DNA from: Octopus vulgaris | Taxonomy: Eukaryota | Direction of reading: 5' to 3' | DNA: 64,000 bases | Assembly (NCBI GenBank): GCA_951406725.2 | Contig: OX597814.1 | Location: 203,546,001-203,610,000 of the forward strand | Shown here: piece by piece, positions 1 through 14,645 of the stretch | Layout: every line of letters begins with the position of its first letter | Numbering within the stretch: the stretch's first letter is position 1 | Made by a program: the position numbers and the translations under genes | The notes under the pieces: generated by a model | Told to the model about the DNA's origin: nothing | The model's database searches: none | What the model saw: only the letters and a program-made list of their open reading frames with translations

Positions 1-751
1 ATCTAATATCACTTGTCCATGCTTGCATAGGCCAGACAGAGTTTGTTAAGGTAGATTCTCTGTGGCTAGATGACTTTCCTGTCACCAACTCTCTGTTTCC
101 AAGCAAGACAACATTTTCGCATTGCCAGGCATGGGAAGACTGAAAATGAGCAACTTTGCTTGTATGCTGATGATGCTCGTTTCCAACTATCACCTGATGT
201 CTAGACACTTAAACACACACACACGTGCGCGCGTGTGTGTGTTAACCAAATCCACTCACCAATGTTTTGATCAAACTGAAGCCATAGTTGAGGACACTGG
301 CCCAAGGTGTCACATAGTGGATGGCTGTAACTATCAGAGTTTCGAAATAAAGTCAAATTAAGCTTGGTCCAAACTGAATGTGAAATAGTCTCTATGAAGG
401 AGATGAATAACCAAGATTCATTTAAAAGTTGTGGAGGAGTAGGCATTATGAAATATAGGAATATGGACCTGTGGTTGAGCGATGGGCACATAGCAGAGAT
501 CTAAGGATGTAGAGTAAGAAAGCCTGAACAGGTGACTGGTAATAGGGATTAGTCAAGAGATTAAAGCATGAGAAAGTGATGAGGAAGAAGTAAAGTGAGA
601 TAGGATAAAATGAGAAAAATAGAAGAAATAAAATAAACTCATAATATTCCTTTCCACTATTGGCACAAAGTCTGAAATTTTAGGAGAAGGGGTTAGTCAA
701 TTATATTGACTGGGGTCAATATAATTGACTAACCCCTTCTCCTAAAATTTC

Positions 752-983
752 AGGCGGCGAACTGGCAGAAACGTTAGCACGCCGGGCGAAATGCATAGCC
801 GTATTTCGTCTGTCGTTACGTTCCGGGTTCAAATTCCGCCGAGGTCGACTTTGCCTTTCATCCTTTCGGGGTCGATAAATTAAGTACCAGTTATGCACTG
901 GGGTCGATGTAATCGACTTAATCCCTTCGTCTGTCCTTGTTTGTCCCCTCTGTGTTTAGCCCCTTGTGGGTAGTAAAGAAATA
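752..983 (+). mobile_element. Young tRNA-derived SINE (family A), inserted into an older minus-strand copy of the same family (about 645-1135)
   Basis: A-box-like TGGCAGAAACGTT and B-box GGTTCAAATTCC, then core GCCTTTCATCCTTTCGGGGTCGATAAATTAAGTACCAG. CpGs are intact. Decayed copies near 4260, 8550, 21860, 43550, 44700, 61115, 61780 and 62710-62975. Confidence 0.85.
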
Positions 984-1828
984 TATATTGACCCCAGTAC
1001 TTGACTGGTACTTATTTTTATCAACCCCGAAAGGATGGAAGGCAAAGTCAGCTTTGATGGAACTTGAACTCAGAATGTAAAGACAGACGAAATGCCATTA
1101 AACATTCTGTCAGGATTGCTAGTTCACTGCCTAAGGAACTCCTAATATTGATTTTGTACGAGTTTTAGTTTTGGGTTTCTATAGCATTCACGTTCTCTCT
1201 CTCTATGTATATGTCTGTGTGTGAATTTTGTATGTGCATGGGGGTGGGGATTGCCTCCTTGTCTTGATATCACACAATAGTTGTGAGTGTCACTGTCATT
1301 CAAGCAATGTTTTTAGTTCCAATTTTGCATAAAAAAAAAGAACTCCGTTAGGTGGTTGGTGTTAGAAAGGGCACCCAGCCATAAAAGCCATGCCAAAACA
1401 GACAGTGAAGCCTGTCTTAGCCAACTCCTATCAATCCATCCTACCCATGCCAGCATGGACAATGGATGTTAATTGATGATGATGATAATGATGTCTGGTC
1501 ATGGGAATATATTACCTTACTTGGAAATGGAAGAGAGGGCATCTGACCATAGAAAATCTACTTCACTGAATTCTGTCTGACCTATGGGAAATGGTTAAAG
1601 AAATAATGTCAAATGAAAAGTGAGAGAGAGAGAGAGTCAGAGAAATAAAGCAAAAGAGGGAAGATGTAGAAGTTGTGTAGGAGGAGAGGCAGGGCTAGCC
1701 CATGTTATATATGGGTAGATAGTATGGTACAGAGGAGAGATGTCTAAGATGATGATGGTCAGGCTATATCCTGAGGGTAACATGTCCAAGAGAGCATGGT
1801 GACAGGAGAGTAATGGAGAGCAGACAAA

Positions 1829-1985
1829 GATTTACATTTTACAAAGCTTTACATTTGACTTTTGACAATCTTTTTCTAAAAAAGTGAAGCCAGTGAAGTG
1901 AATAAACATCTTTAAAATTGCATCTTCAAACCTTCTTTCATATATATTTCCACTCATGCGGTACCTTACAATTTCACTTTGTTAA
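1829..1985 (+). mobile_element. Decayed copy of the hammerhead-bearing element also present at 57129-57556
   Basis: Near-identical to 57450-57556 and to the reverse complement of 57129-57280. Degenerate HHR at 1858-1899. Ends in (TA)n. Confidence 0.7.
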
Positions 1986-4396
1986 ATATATATATATTAA
2001 AATATATATATCTATGCATATATTACCAACATACACTTTTCTGTGCTGGCATTGGTTGAACAGTTTTTCTGAAGCAATATATTAAGCCTAGATGCTCTTT
2101 CCATCTTCTACTCTTTTGATAATTGCTTCTGATGTGTTGGAATATAATGGTACATATACAAGCTCTAATTTATGGGAAAGAACACCTCCCAACAACAAAT
2201 GACTTGGACCATAACAACCTACCTAACTCATTCCAGCATGGAAAGTAGATATAAAATGATGATGACGATGATGATAATAATGACAAGGAAGAAGAGGATG
2301 GTGGTGATGAAGGTGATGACAATGATGATGGTGGTGATGGTGATCATGACTATGATCAATGCCAATTCTGATGCTGACAATGATGATGACAATGACAGCA
2401 ATAATGATGATGATGATGATGATTATGGTAATTAAAATGAAGTTCTGTGTGAAGTTAAAATACAAGAATATCTTTCATCTGTTTTTGATTCTATCATTTC
2501 ACAACTAAGATATTTTACATTCATATTTTTAGCCAATAATTACCTAAATATGCAATTTTAGGTTCTGTATTCGTGTCTGCTCGATTGCATGAATGCATGT
2601 GTGTGTATCTGTGTGTACATGTGTGTAGTATGCATGTGTGTGCATGTATGTGCATGTGTGTGTGTGCCCTTGCATGTGTGTGGATGTATATGTGTACTAA
2701 AACCAGTACCCCCACTAACCTATCCACCCACTGTTCCCAAATGCAGCGATAAAGATTTTCCATTTATTTCCTTAGAAATGAAGCCAAGAAAAAAATAATC
2801 AGATAAATTTATGAAAAGATTCAATAGTTTTCCAATTGATCAAATGAATTGCAGTCTTACACATTTACTAATTCCATAAATAATTTACGAATTCTATAAA
2901 TAAAATGACAAAAAGAAGAAATCTAATTTCCCTAACACCAATCTAAATTTATGTAGATGTTCTTAGTTGTGAAGGTCAGGTATAGGTTTAAGTGTTGTTG
3001 TTGTCACTGGAGGTGTTGGTAGTGGTGTTGGTGGTTGTAATGATGGTTGTCTCCAAGTCTGCCTCAACTGAGCAGCAGACTTATGATAAAAGACAATATT
3101 TCAGTCAAGATGACTTTGTCTTTGTTTCAGACTCATTGTGGAAGCAGATCTGTGGGACCACTTCTGTTCTTGTTCGGTTGGGAGATGTATGATATTTGTT
3201 CATGCATGCAAGCAAGTTTGATACATCACTTCTGGGTTGAAAGTTGTTGGAGTTGTATTATAGTAGAGTACTGCTAACCACTTGTCACTTGTGAGCCAGT
3301 GTGGCTTTGTAACATGTACCATGCTTTTGCTAATTGTTTTGGTAGATGTAGAATATTTGCTCATTTCATCATCATCATCATTATCATCGTTGTCATCGTC
3401 ATTGTCATCATTATCATCATTGTCATCATCACCATTGTCACCGCCATTGTCACCCCACCACCACCACGGTGTTTATGTTTGATCACAATTACATAAACAC
3501 CAAAAACAATTAGTAAAAGCATGGTATGTATAGCAAAGCCTTCCTCACTTGTGAATGAAGGTGGTTAGTATTTAGAATTTTTTTCTTTTTTGCCACAATG
3601 CATTTTAAATAATGGAAGAATATTAACTATCTTTTATAAACATGAAAAGGATATATTAATATATTACTCTACTGACTAAAAATATTACATAATCTGTCAA
3701 TCAATCTTGTCTTCTGCAACATAAATATTGTCACAATAAACATGATATTCACATACACCTGTCACATTTTTGTCAATTGCAGTATTTAAAAAAACAAAAC
3801 AAAAACAGTGACATGATTTAGAGATAAGAAATAGCCGAAAGATAAAGCTTAAGTATTGTGGGTTTAAAAATATATGGTAGACATGTTTACTGAGCTTCTG
3901 GGAGATTCACGAAAATTTATATTGTTACATTTAACCTAATTGTAAGAAATAAATATCAGGCTTTGGGGAGCTGGGCAGAAATAGCTATAGATATTTTGCA
4001 GGTAAAGAAATCCTTGCAGGGTAGAGAAATCTACCTATGATGATGTACTTTGTCAACAGAGATATATTTGGCAGATAGAGGTACCCTTGCATGTAGATAT
4101 CTATATTGGAGTTGAGATATCTACCTCATAAGTTATACTTTATTGGTAGCAGTATCATGTGGAAATAATATTTAGTGGATAGAGGAAAAATAATATTACA
4201 TCATTTAGTTTATGATAACAAATCCTTTTATTTGATTTAGATCAGTGGATGTCAGACATACTGGAGTGCCAGATGTTATTTTATTATGTCCCTTTATATT
4301 CTAATGTGAAATTCCCGTAGGATCAACTTTACCACGTATTACTGAGGGGAAGGGATGATCAAATAAAATACCAGTAAACTACAAGAATCAGTTTAA

Positions 4397-4617
4397 CCCT
4401 TTCGTTACCAACCCGGCTGAAACCGGCTCTGGCTCTTTAGTACAAATGTCTGGTTTTCAAAAGTTCTGAATTAAAACCTTCCACCAAACCATAGTCACAA
4501 TTTATGTCCCTAACTCTAGCTTAATGATAACGTTGTTATTTTACTTAATTCTTTGTTATATTTAACATAATTGGAAGAAACACTGAGCATCTCAAAATAA
4601 ATTTAGTAATGAAAGGG
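4397..4617. mobile_element. piggyBac-type MITE
   Basis: TTAA on both sides (4393-4396, 4618-4621). TIRs CCCTTTCGTTAC / GTAATGAAAGGG. Non-coding, 221 bp. Confidence 0.85.
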
Positions 4618-4799
4618 TTAATGGACTAAATCCTACTTTACAAAGAATTTCTTAATCTTGTGCCAGTAAGTGACATATGAATCTCTTTTTGATTCCATAG
4701 CTATCAGTTTCTTTCTAAAGGATACAAATATCATCAGCAATGTACTGCAGTTTCTACACAAATAAATTTTAATGTAAATATTAAACAAGAGAATTGGTA

Positions 4800-5110
4800 T
4801 TTAAAATTTCCCCAAAATGTATTTAATGTTTTACCAAAATATATTTAACATTCCACCAAAATATATTTATTGTTTTTACCAAAAGATATTTAATGCTTCG
4901 CCATCATATAAATTTACATTTATCAAAATGTATTTAACATTTCAAAACAATATATTTAATGCTTCCCCAAAATATATTTAATGCTTCACCAAAATATATT
5001 TAATATTTCACCAAAATACATTTTATGTTTTTACCAAAATACATTTAATGTTTTCACTAAAATATACTTAATGTTTTTATAAAAATATATTCAATGTTTT
5101 ACCAAAAATG
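4800..5110. repeat. Degenerate minisatellite of about 22 bp (ATATATTTAATGTTTTACCAAA-like)
   Basis: Over ten imperfect tandem units visible. Confidence 0.8.
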
Positions 5111-5169
5111 GTAATTTCCGTGGCTTAGAATCAATAGTGTATATCATATTCAAAACAGTCCAAATATTT

Positions 5170-5340
5170 CCAGTAATGATGTCCAAAGTTTGCAATGGGT
5201 AGAACATATAGAATTTCTATCAACACCCTTCTTACATATCAAGCAGGGCTATCTCCCTGAAGATACTTGGGATCTGTCTGTTTTCCTACTTGCCAGGACT
5301 TTGGTTCAAAGATTCCAGGCCTTGCTTCCATACCTGAAAT
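5170..5340 (-). pseudogene. Old RTE LINE fragment including the PHD-like segment
   Basis: Minus strand reads PCLICKKGVDRNSICSTHCKLW, matching PCSICRKGVGRNSIRCTQCKLW in the 751-aa ORF. Confidence 0.7.
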
Positions 5341-5479
5341 CTCTTCTCTAGGTCAGGTGTTGCTTCTAGAATTCAAAGTCTTCTGATGCACATGATACCT
5401 TTTTATGTTATTAGTTAGAAAACTTTTAAACTCTGACTTGGCCTTGCAGAAAATTATCACCATCATTATCATCATCATC

Positions 5480-5690
5480 ATCATTTCTCGCTTTATATGT
5501 TGGACCACTGAACTCTACATGTTTTTTTCATTATCTCTCTATCTATTTCCTCTTATTCCTTTCTGCTGAAGTGCATAGGTTCAAAATGTAAAAGACTTTT
5601 TTTTTTTCAGAGCATTAAACTAATATACTTTCTTGTTGTTCCTACACCTGTCTTCATCTTTGGTTTTTCTATAATTTTCAACTATATATA
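5480..5690 (+). mobile_element. Decayed HHR-like element ending in (TA)n (same family as 55450-55800)
   Basis: CTTT-CTGCTGA-A-GTGC-ATAG-GTTC-AAAATGTA-AAAG at 5559-5594. Tail similar to 55465-55556. Confidence 0.5.
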
Positions 5691-5699
5691 TATATATAT

Positions 5700-5880
5700 G
5701 TAAAAAGCACCCACTACACTCGCGGAGTGGTTGGCGTTAGGAAGGGCATCCAGCTGTAGAAACTCTGCCAGATCAGACTGGAGCCTGGTGCAGCCCCTGG
5801 CTTCCCAGACCCCAGTCGAACCGTCCAACCCGTGCTAGCATGGAAAACGGACGTTAAACAATGATGATGATGATGATGAG
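5700..5880 (+). mobile_element. RTE 3'-tail fragment ending in (GAT)n
   Basis: Matches the 3' UTR of the RTE at 28512-29335 in reverse complement. Confidence 0.8.
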
Positions 5881-6738
5881 AGAGAAAGATTGGCAGATAT
5901 ACAGAGATAAATATAGATATACAAATGATGATAATACACACACACAAACACACATATGAACAGACACACATGCACACACACACGCACGCACGCGAGCAGA
6001 TGAATATTTATACAAGTTCACACCCGTACATATTTATATACAACTCAAATGCTGACAACTACATGGACACTCGTTTGATGTACTTTTAAATTTGTAGTAT
6101 TACTAATAGATATTAGTTTTCCTGAAATACAGTAAATTGACAATTTTTCGTGTTTTCTTATTACTTGTGTGATGTCTTGTTTGCTGAGGAGATCAATTTC
6201 TTCCAATCGATTCTTATTCTTATGCTAAAGGTTATCCTACAGTGACTCACCAGCCTAAAAGATCAGCTGTAGTATTATAGCTCCTAAATTTTTTTTAGTG
6301 TCTTTCTAAATTACTATTAATGTTGTGGGCACAAAATTAGGTTGTATATACTTTAAATAGTTCACCATGATGGCTACCTCAGTATCTCAGATACTGAATT
6401 AAATTAATTTAATTATTAATTTTCTTTTAGAGTAACTTGAATATAATTTTTTTAAAAATCTGTTTAAAAGAAAATAAATAATTGTAAAACAAAAGATACT
6501 GACAATCTTTACACTTCATTTTATTCTTTTCTTTGTTTAATGGCACGTGGTATTTTAATGGCATAAAAGAAACTGGTAGTATAAGTACCAGGCTTTAAAA
6601 ACATTGATAGGTTCGATTCATTTAGCTAGAATGTCTCCAAAGTAGTGCCCCAGCATGGTATCAGTCTAATGACTGGAACATGTAAAAGATAAAAAATAAA
6701 GGTAATGCTTATTGTTCTAAATAATAATGAAATTAATA

Positions 6739-7547
6739 CAGGCATACATCATTTTGATTTAAGTCATTCTCAATTATATGTTGGTTTTCAAAAATAATTT
6801 ATGGAAAGATAAAAATCAAGTTAAGTCGTTTTACTTGACTTTACATCTGTCTACCACAAATATTGGAATCGTAAAATCACTAGAAAACCATTAAAAACAC
6901 ATAAAATCATGTTACTGTACAATATATAAGAATAAAAGCATATAAAATCATATTAAAATACATACAGTAAATGTTAAGATACACACCATAAAGTAGTGTA
7001 AAGATACATACCATAAAGTAGTGTAGCTCAGTGAACAAAATCATGAAATCAGCTGTTTTGTCATATTTATCAGTCTTTTGGAGCTCATATTGCACTGTCA
7101 CTCACGATTGTTTTGAATTCAGATTTGTTTACATCTGTTTATCGGCTGCTTTCTCATTCTCATTCATTTGTGACCTTATTTTTTGCTCCAATGGCTCCTA
7201 AGAAAATTCATTGTGAAAGTGCTGAGCGTCATGCTATAACACTGGAAGATAAACTGGCTATGATAAAACACCATGAAATAGGTGAAAATGTGGTAGCAAT
7301 TGTACGATCTTTTGGGATGAGTCAGACAACTGTATTGACGATTGTACGTAATAACGACAAGATTTTAGCAAACATGGTTTTTATCAGCCATGTATTATTG
7401 AAAATGCATTCATAAATAAAGTACAAAACTGGTAATGGATATTATTGGTTTAGCCTAGAGATAAGTAAATTCAGCCCAGAGACAAGTTGATTCGACTTAA
7501 GTTGTGCCTCCTGGAACCAATCAACAACATAGGATGAGGTATGCCTG
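6739..7547 (+). mobile_element. Internally deleted Tigger/pogo DNA transposon
   Basis: TA at both ends. TIRs CAGGCATACATCAT / ATGAGGTATGCCTG. ORF from 7191 MAPKK...AITLEDKLAMIKHHEIGENVVAIVRSFGMSQTTVLTIVRN resembles a CENP-B-type N-terminal HTH. No DDD domain. Confidence 0.8.
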
Positions 7548-9397
7548 TATATCCATACTAAGTCCTCACCCCACTCCTCCCTATCTTCCCTACTTATCAC
7601 TCATTACTTAACACTTCATTGATTATATTCACTCCTTCACCTATTCTCCAGTTGTCACTCTTCCATACACTGTTGCAACTTCTACCCCCTAACACTCTTG
7701 GGTCTTCTGTTCCCATTCACCTCGTACCTTGAAGATTCACCTAGACATCTTATCACCACTATTTTTATCTCATGCCAGCTCCATCTTGATCAGTCCCACT
7801 CTCCTAAAATTTGTGTTGCCGTGTAGCTCCTCTACACCAAGAAACCTGTTCTACTCTGGCCCCTTCTCTCATACTTTCATCAGTTCATTTTCTACTACTG
7901 TGAAAATGTGTTTGAAGCCACTATTGTTACACTTAGTTTTAACTAAACCCAATTGACAGATTTGAATTTTCAACTGTTCTGTTATATAAATTACTGATAT
8001 ACCAGCAATGGTTACTTTTTTATACTAAACTTTACCACAAGGTACATCAAAATGCTTTAGCCACCAAAAACTTACTAGATACAGTTGAAAGGGATACAGT
8101 TGTAAAAGTTTATATAACTTCATCTTGGAGAGTAAAAGAGGAATCAACTGGGTATCATAATTGTTGTTTCAAGTATTTTTATACATTTATCAGTAATCAG
8201 TTAACTTGTATTTTACTGTCACTGATATTTATTTAATTTTCAAATGCATCATCAGCATCATCATCACGTCTGTTCTTCCATGCTTCATGGGTCAGTGACA
8301 AATAACACCTTTAGCATGGAAAATAAAAAATGCTTGCATGTCAGTAATTTATGACACTATGATGTTATGATCATCAATAGAAAATTCATTTCCACATTGG
8401 TCAGTCTACATTGAGGAATTAAAAGAAATGTAAGGAAAGAGAAAATCCTTTGATGGTGGAGGGGTGACAGACATTCAGTCTTCATTCTGTGCAACACTTT
8501 AATAATTCTACCAATCCACCACCCTGGACATTTTTCATTGATGTTCTCTTCTACTCTAGGCACAAGGCCCAAAAGTTTGGGGGAGGGAACCAGTTGATTA
8601 GATCGACCCCAGTAGGCAACTGGTATTTAATTTATCGAGCCCCAAAAGGATGAAAGTGATTTATAAAATACTTTTTCTCATTAAATATTCTTCTCAAAAG
8701 TGTGTTTTATTTGACCAATAAATCACTGCTTGGTATCATTCTTTTTGCTTTCTTTATTAACTTAATTCCAGCTTATGTGAAGCTAGCATTCCAGTCAGTC
8801 AGTCAATCCTTTAAGTAGCAGAATTGGTTTAACTAACTCAGCAAAATTCTTCTTCTATTGTCATTTACTTAGTGGGTATATACATCTTTTTGAAAGTTCC
8901 AAGTATTTTCATTTCTGTTGGTTATGTAACCAATTTATTTTTAAAAATCTATATTTTATTCAGATTTGTATCAGCAGAGCAACATGGGAACTGAGGATGC
9001 CATTTAGATTTACTGTGGAATAATTACTAATTTATACGATTTTTCACTTGCTTATATCTTGAGTGATTTTTTGGCAAAATGTGCTAATACTCTTTGCAGA
9101 GTTCAAAGAATTTCATAAGTTTTTCATTTCCCATTAATGTTACAAATTTCTTTGAAAACTTTCATAGTGTGCACTTAAATTTTTTATGTTGATGTTCCAT
9201 TGTGGAGTTTCTGTATTTGAAGAGCAATACTACTACTCTTTGCACTAGTTATATATTGAAACACACTTGAAATATGTTAAAGAGATTATCTTTTAAATGA
9301 ATTATGGCTGTAAAAGCCTGAATTGAAAGATTCAAATCTTTGCTGTCACTGTAGACTATCTATTAGGATAATAGTAATATAATTCCAGTTATATGTT

Positions 9398-9950
9398 CAT
9401 CATCATCATCATTATCATCATCATCATCATCATCGTTTAATGTCTGTTTTCCATGCTGGCGTGGGTTGGATGGTTTGACTGAGGTCTGGTGAGCCAGTGG
9501 CTGCACCAAGCTCCAATCTGATCTGGCAATGTTTCTACAGCTGGATGCCCTTCCTAACGCCAACCACTCCGAGAGTGTAGTGGGTGCTTTTTACATGCCA
9601 CCAGCACAGGAGCCAGTCAGTGGGTACTGGCATCGGCCATGTTCAGATGGTGGATTTTATGTGCCACCAGCACAAGAACCAGTCGGGGAGTACCGACATC
9701 AGCCACTTCAGATGGTGCTTTTTTATGTGCCACCGACACAGGAGCTACTCAGGTCTACTGGCACCAGCCACGTTCAGAAGGTGCTTTTTATGTGCCACTT
9801 CCACAGGAGCCAGGGAGTACTGGCATCGGCCACTTCAGATGGTACTTTTTTACGTGCCACCGGCATATGAGCCAGTCAGGTGTACTGGCATCATCCACGT
9901 TCAGAAGGTGCTTTTTACATGCCACCGGCATAGGAGCCAGTCAAGCTGAC
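9398..9950 (-). mobile_element. RTE 3' UTR fragment with an internal tandem array of about 60 bp
   Basis: (CAT)n tail and the CTGGATGCCCTTCCTAACGCCAACCACTCC motif. About six GGTGCTTTTTATGTGCCACC units. Confidence 0.8.
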
Positions 9951-10259
9951 TAAAACGTTTGTGCCTCAACTACTTAGTATTGGGTTCAGTCTCAATGCAT
10001 GACACCTTTAGCAAGTGTTTTCTTCTGACCAAAGCATTGTGAGTAGTTTTGTGTTTGTGAGTATGAGTGTATGTATGTTTGTGTCACCTTGTCTTGACAT
10101 TGTTTGATAGTTATAAATGAGTGTCACTGTCACACAAGCAGTGTCATTCACTCTCCAATGTCTTCTGAACACATTTCTTGCCATAGGGAAACAGGTAGAT
10201 TCTGGAGTAAATCTTCAGCTGCGATATTGCTCTGCTGATACAAATCTGACTCAAATATT

Positions 10260-10675
10260 CTTTTATTATTTTACTTGTTTCAGTCATTTGACTGCAGCCA
10301 TGCTGGAGCACTAACTTGAAGGGTTTTAGTTGAACAAATCGACTCCTGGACTTAGTTTTTCACTTTTTTAAGCCTAGTACTTATTCAATTAGTCTCTTTT
10401 GCTTAACCACCAAGTTACAGAGACATAAACATACCAACACCAGTTGTTAAGTGGTGGTGGAGGGACAAACACAGACACAAAGACAGACACACACACACAC
10501 ATACACACACACGCGCACACAATGAGCTTCTTTCTGTTTCCATCTATCAAATCCATTCACAAGGCTTGGTTGGAAGCTATAGTAGAAGACACTTGCCCAA
10601 GGTGCCATGCAGTGGGACTGAACCTGGAACCATGTGGTTGGGAAACAAGTTTCTTACAACAGCCGTGCCTGCACT
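10260..10675 (-). mobile_element. tRNA-derived SINE family B, decayed
   Basis: Reverse complement of the intact copy at 59197-59600. Similar minus copies at about 22290-22655 and 38595-38985. Confidence 0.75.
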
Positions 10676-12784
10676 TATAAAAAAAATATATATGTATGTA
10701 TATTTTTTAAACCTGAGTTCAGTATTCAAATACTTTGAGAATTGAACTCGAAGTATTTGAACTTACCTTACTCTCTACTTACTGCAGTGTTCAAGGTTGA
10801 GACCATGATTACTGTTACAACTTCAAAGCCCACATACAGAAGATAAGGGCTGAAGAGAATACCCACCACTCCATTGCCAACAAACTCATATATACATGTT
10901 CATGTGTTCAACTTTACTAGTTCTCTGCTACTCCACTAATGAGTATATTAGCTCAGTAAGGGACAGATCTACCTGTGCTAAGACTCTAGTTCCACTCTTT
11001 AAGGCTTCTTATAGATTGATCATCAGTTTTCAAAGCCCAACAAACACTTGACATCCTCTATATTCTGATAAGCATAGTACCTCACCCTGTCATTAGGAGA
11101 TTAGCAGGTAGAGAAAAAGAGCATCAATGACAGCAAATAAAAGAGGAGCATCATCTTATGTTTGACCAAGTCAAGAAGAAAATTCATTAAATGTTTCACT
11201 TCCCTTCAGTGGCACTCTACCAAGGAGGGCAAGGAGAACTTGCTGGGCAGAAAGAAACCACAGTCAGGCATCACAACAACAATTTAAATGATAGAAAATG
11301 AACTGCTACCATCTGGTTAGATACAAACTGAACAAAGTTTGATTGAGAACTAGGTTTGGTTAGGCCAATGATACTAAAAAAATAAAGATATAATTCATCC
11401 AATGATGTCATTTGTTATTACAGCACAGAACCAGAAACTATGGAATGCCTGCTCTATAGTTTGTGCTTCTGTTGCCTGTTGAGATGCCCTCTAATGCAAA
11501 GTCAATACATTTCTGCTGACCTTGCAATGTATAATGATGATGGAGAGAAATTTATTCAGCTTTGGCTGAACAAAATTTAACTGAACATGAAGCAGATTCA
11601 CTGAAAAGAACTTCATGATGTCATTAATTTAACAGTATTATATTATTTTCCTTTGACATTGATGTAAATAGCATCAAATAAGTTGTTGCTTTTGTCTGTG
11701 ACAAAATTAAAATAATAGAATGAAATGTCATTCTTGTGATGTCAACATCAATAAACAGATGAAGATGAGGGAATCAAGTATTGGTTCATCAACACTTTTA
11801 TTTCAGGCAGAGCTTCTAAATTAATATAGACATTCAAAGAATCTATTGATTATATCAATAATTAACTCTCCCCTCTATAGAGTATAGCTCCAGCTAATAC
11901 TATTTATTTTATGTATTTTAATATGATGTTTGATTGCTATTATTCAATGTGAGCTAGATATCCATGAATTTACACAAATCTAATGAGAAAGTCTTTATGT
12001 GGTTGCTAGAAATAGCAGTCTAATTTTCCTCTAATCATACTCCTACCATCAAAAATAAATCAAAAATACATTGCATAATGCAGTTCTGTATAGCTATTAA
12101 AAAAAAGACAGAATAGTTTCAATTAAAATGCTTTTGATCATAGGTCAGCTCAATCAGGACTGACCTGGGGCTAAATAATAATAACAATAATACTCAGATA
12201 TCATATTATGAACATAAATATTCTTGTGACAAACTTAAATAGGCTAAATATTAAATTCAATATTAAAAATTTATTACAGTCTCTGTCAAAAACGAAGCTT
12301 CAAATTTCCAATTTTACCCACGACTGCCTATTTGCATTCAATTCTTCCCATTTCTTTGAAGATACAAGCTACAGTCTCTGTGATGTTGAAAAGCCAAATC
12401 AAATTCCTGCATCTACAAAAATAATTCATAATTAGTTCTTCCCCCCGCCCACACTCTCTTTCCATATACCTTTTTGGAATTCTATTTTTATTCGTTATCA
12501 CATTTTCTAAACAGAAATGTCCCTGGTTACAAGTTTCCTATGAGTGAATCACTGGTTTTACAATAGTGAAGGTGGGTACAAGGGATAGTTGTGCTGTGAA
12601 GCTCAGGCAGAATAAATATAACCAAAAAATTTTTTGTTTGAAAACTCTAGCTTATAGACATCCTCATTTACGTTTGTGTCTTTGCTGGTATATTATCAGC
12701 AAAATATGCACAGAGGCACATGCACATATGCACACGCATGCATGCACGTACACACACACACAGACACACACACCACACACACAG

Positions 12785-13880
12785 AGGCGTGTTGGCTGAA
12801 TAGCTCATAGGTTGACCAAGGCACACTCATGGAATGACCAAATTAGGTTTATTTTTCAACATTTTCATCCTAGCAGTCAGCACATGTCTTCCATTGGTGT
12901 TGCAGTACTTTGATCCCATTGGTGAAGAAGCTTTCATCTGGCTGCTGGTCAAAAAGGTCATCAAGGGCAGATATGATGTCATCATCACTGTGATACTGGT
13001 TTCCAGCTAAGTGTTTTTCTGTGTTGAAGAACAGGTGATTGTCAGATAGGGTCAAATCAGGTGAATAGGGAGGATGCTCAACCAGTTCAGAGCCACAGTC
13101 ATGCACAACAGTCATTGTAACTAATGATTTGTGTGCGGGAGTATTGTCCTGATGAAATAAAATCCCTTTCGTCAGTTTTCTTGGGTGTTTGGTATTCATA
13201 GCCTTTCATAACTGCCTCATCTAGTTGGCATAATACTCTCATCATACTCATCATAATAATTGATGATGTAGTCCTTATGAAGATAGCCAATAAATACAAT
13301 GCCTTTTGCATCCCAAAAAACTGAGGCCATCACCTTACATGCAAATGGAACGACCTTGGCCTTTTTTGGAGCAGATGAGGTGGGGTGTTTCCACTGCATA
13401 GATTGATGAAACCAACACTCATCCTTGGTTAGGAAAAGTTCCAGGAAACCAGCTGGATCTGCCTCAAACAATGTCAGATTCAACCTGGTGTGCTTTTGAT
13501 CAAGTGTCAAAAGATGTGGCCCCCCACCAGGCAGGAACCTTCAACATGCCAAGTCCATTGTGTAGAATATTCTCAACCCTCTCATGAGTTATGCTAACAG
13601 CATTGCTTATTTGATTTATAGTCAATCACCTGTCACCTATTATCATGTGGTAAATATGATCAATGTTTTCCTCAGTGGTGGCAGTTGCAGGACATCCAGA
13701 CTTTGGGTCATCTACAAGACTCTCTCTTCCCCTCCTAAATTCACATACCCACATATGCATTGTTGGTAAAGCTGGAGCATTATCCTCTAATGTAGCAACC
13801 AAGTCAGCATAAATTTCTTTGGGGGCTAAACCCTTTATCTGCAGGTACTTGATAACACTATGGTGCCAAATTTTGTTCTT
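12785..13880 (-). pseudogene. mariner transposase relic
   Basis: ORF fragments LFHQDNTPAH, HPPYSPDL and VMASVFWDAKG, with frameshifts. Confidence 0.9.
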
Positions 13881-14645
13881 AGGTAGTAGATTTAATCCCT
13901 TGTCCAGTTTAACACTACCACTTAGCTATCCTTGGGGAACTTTAGCAGAATCTATTTTATAGCAAGCTTTCAGACCAAGAACATAGTCTGAGAATAACAT
14001 ACAAATTACAGTTTCTTCCTTCATTCCCACAGTGGTCATGAAGACACAGCAGAAGATAATTGGTTTGTTCTTCTTCTAATTAAGACTCCAAAACTCTCAA
14101 ACATTTAATTTCTTATAGGTGTGTCTGTCTGCCTATCAGTATTATGTATATAGATAAATTTATGTATGTATGTATGTATGTATATATGTATGTATGTATG
14201 TATATACACACATGTACACATACAACACACAAGCTCACACATCATCATCACCATCATCATTTAACATCCATCTTCCATGCTGGTATATCTTGCAAAGTTT
14301 GACAAGATCTGCCAGGTCCATGAATTATTTTGTGTGTCAATGTTTGCTTTGGTAAGGTACCTTTGGCTGGATACTATTGCTAATGCCAATCACTTAACAC
14401 TGTATAAAGTGCTTTTTTCATGGCACTAGCACTAGTGAGGATACCATGCAGCTTTCAAGATTAAGGCTCCCTTTAATTGAATGGAGTTACATGAGAAGGA
14501 GAGGAGGTAGTATACTAAGAGAAGAAAGATTAAAGTATGAGGAAAGGGGCCAGAAAAGATGTTTTTTGCTGCAGAGGAGATACCATAATAGAAGAAAAGG
14601 AGGAAGTGACAAAGGATGAGCTGGAAAGATATATATATATATATA

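Noticed and set aside
3131-3186. Possible small exon (TTTGTTTCAG...GTATGA)
   Set aside because: No recognisable peptide in any frame and no partner exons.
9590-9950. Regularly spaced repeats resembling a CRISPR array
   Set aside because: The whole units are mutually similar with no unique spacers, they lie within an RTE 3' UTR, and the DNA is eukaryotic.
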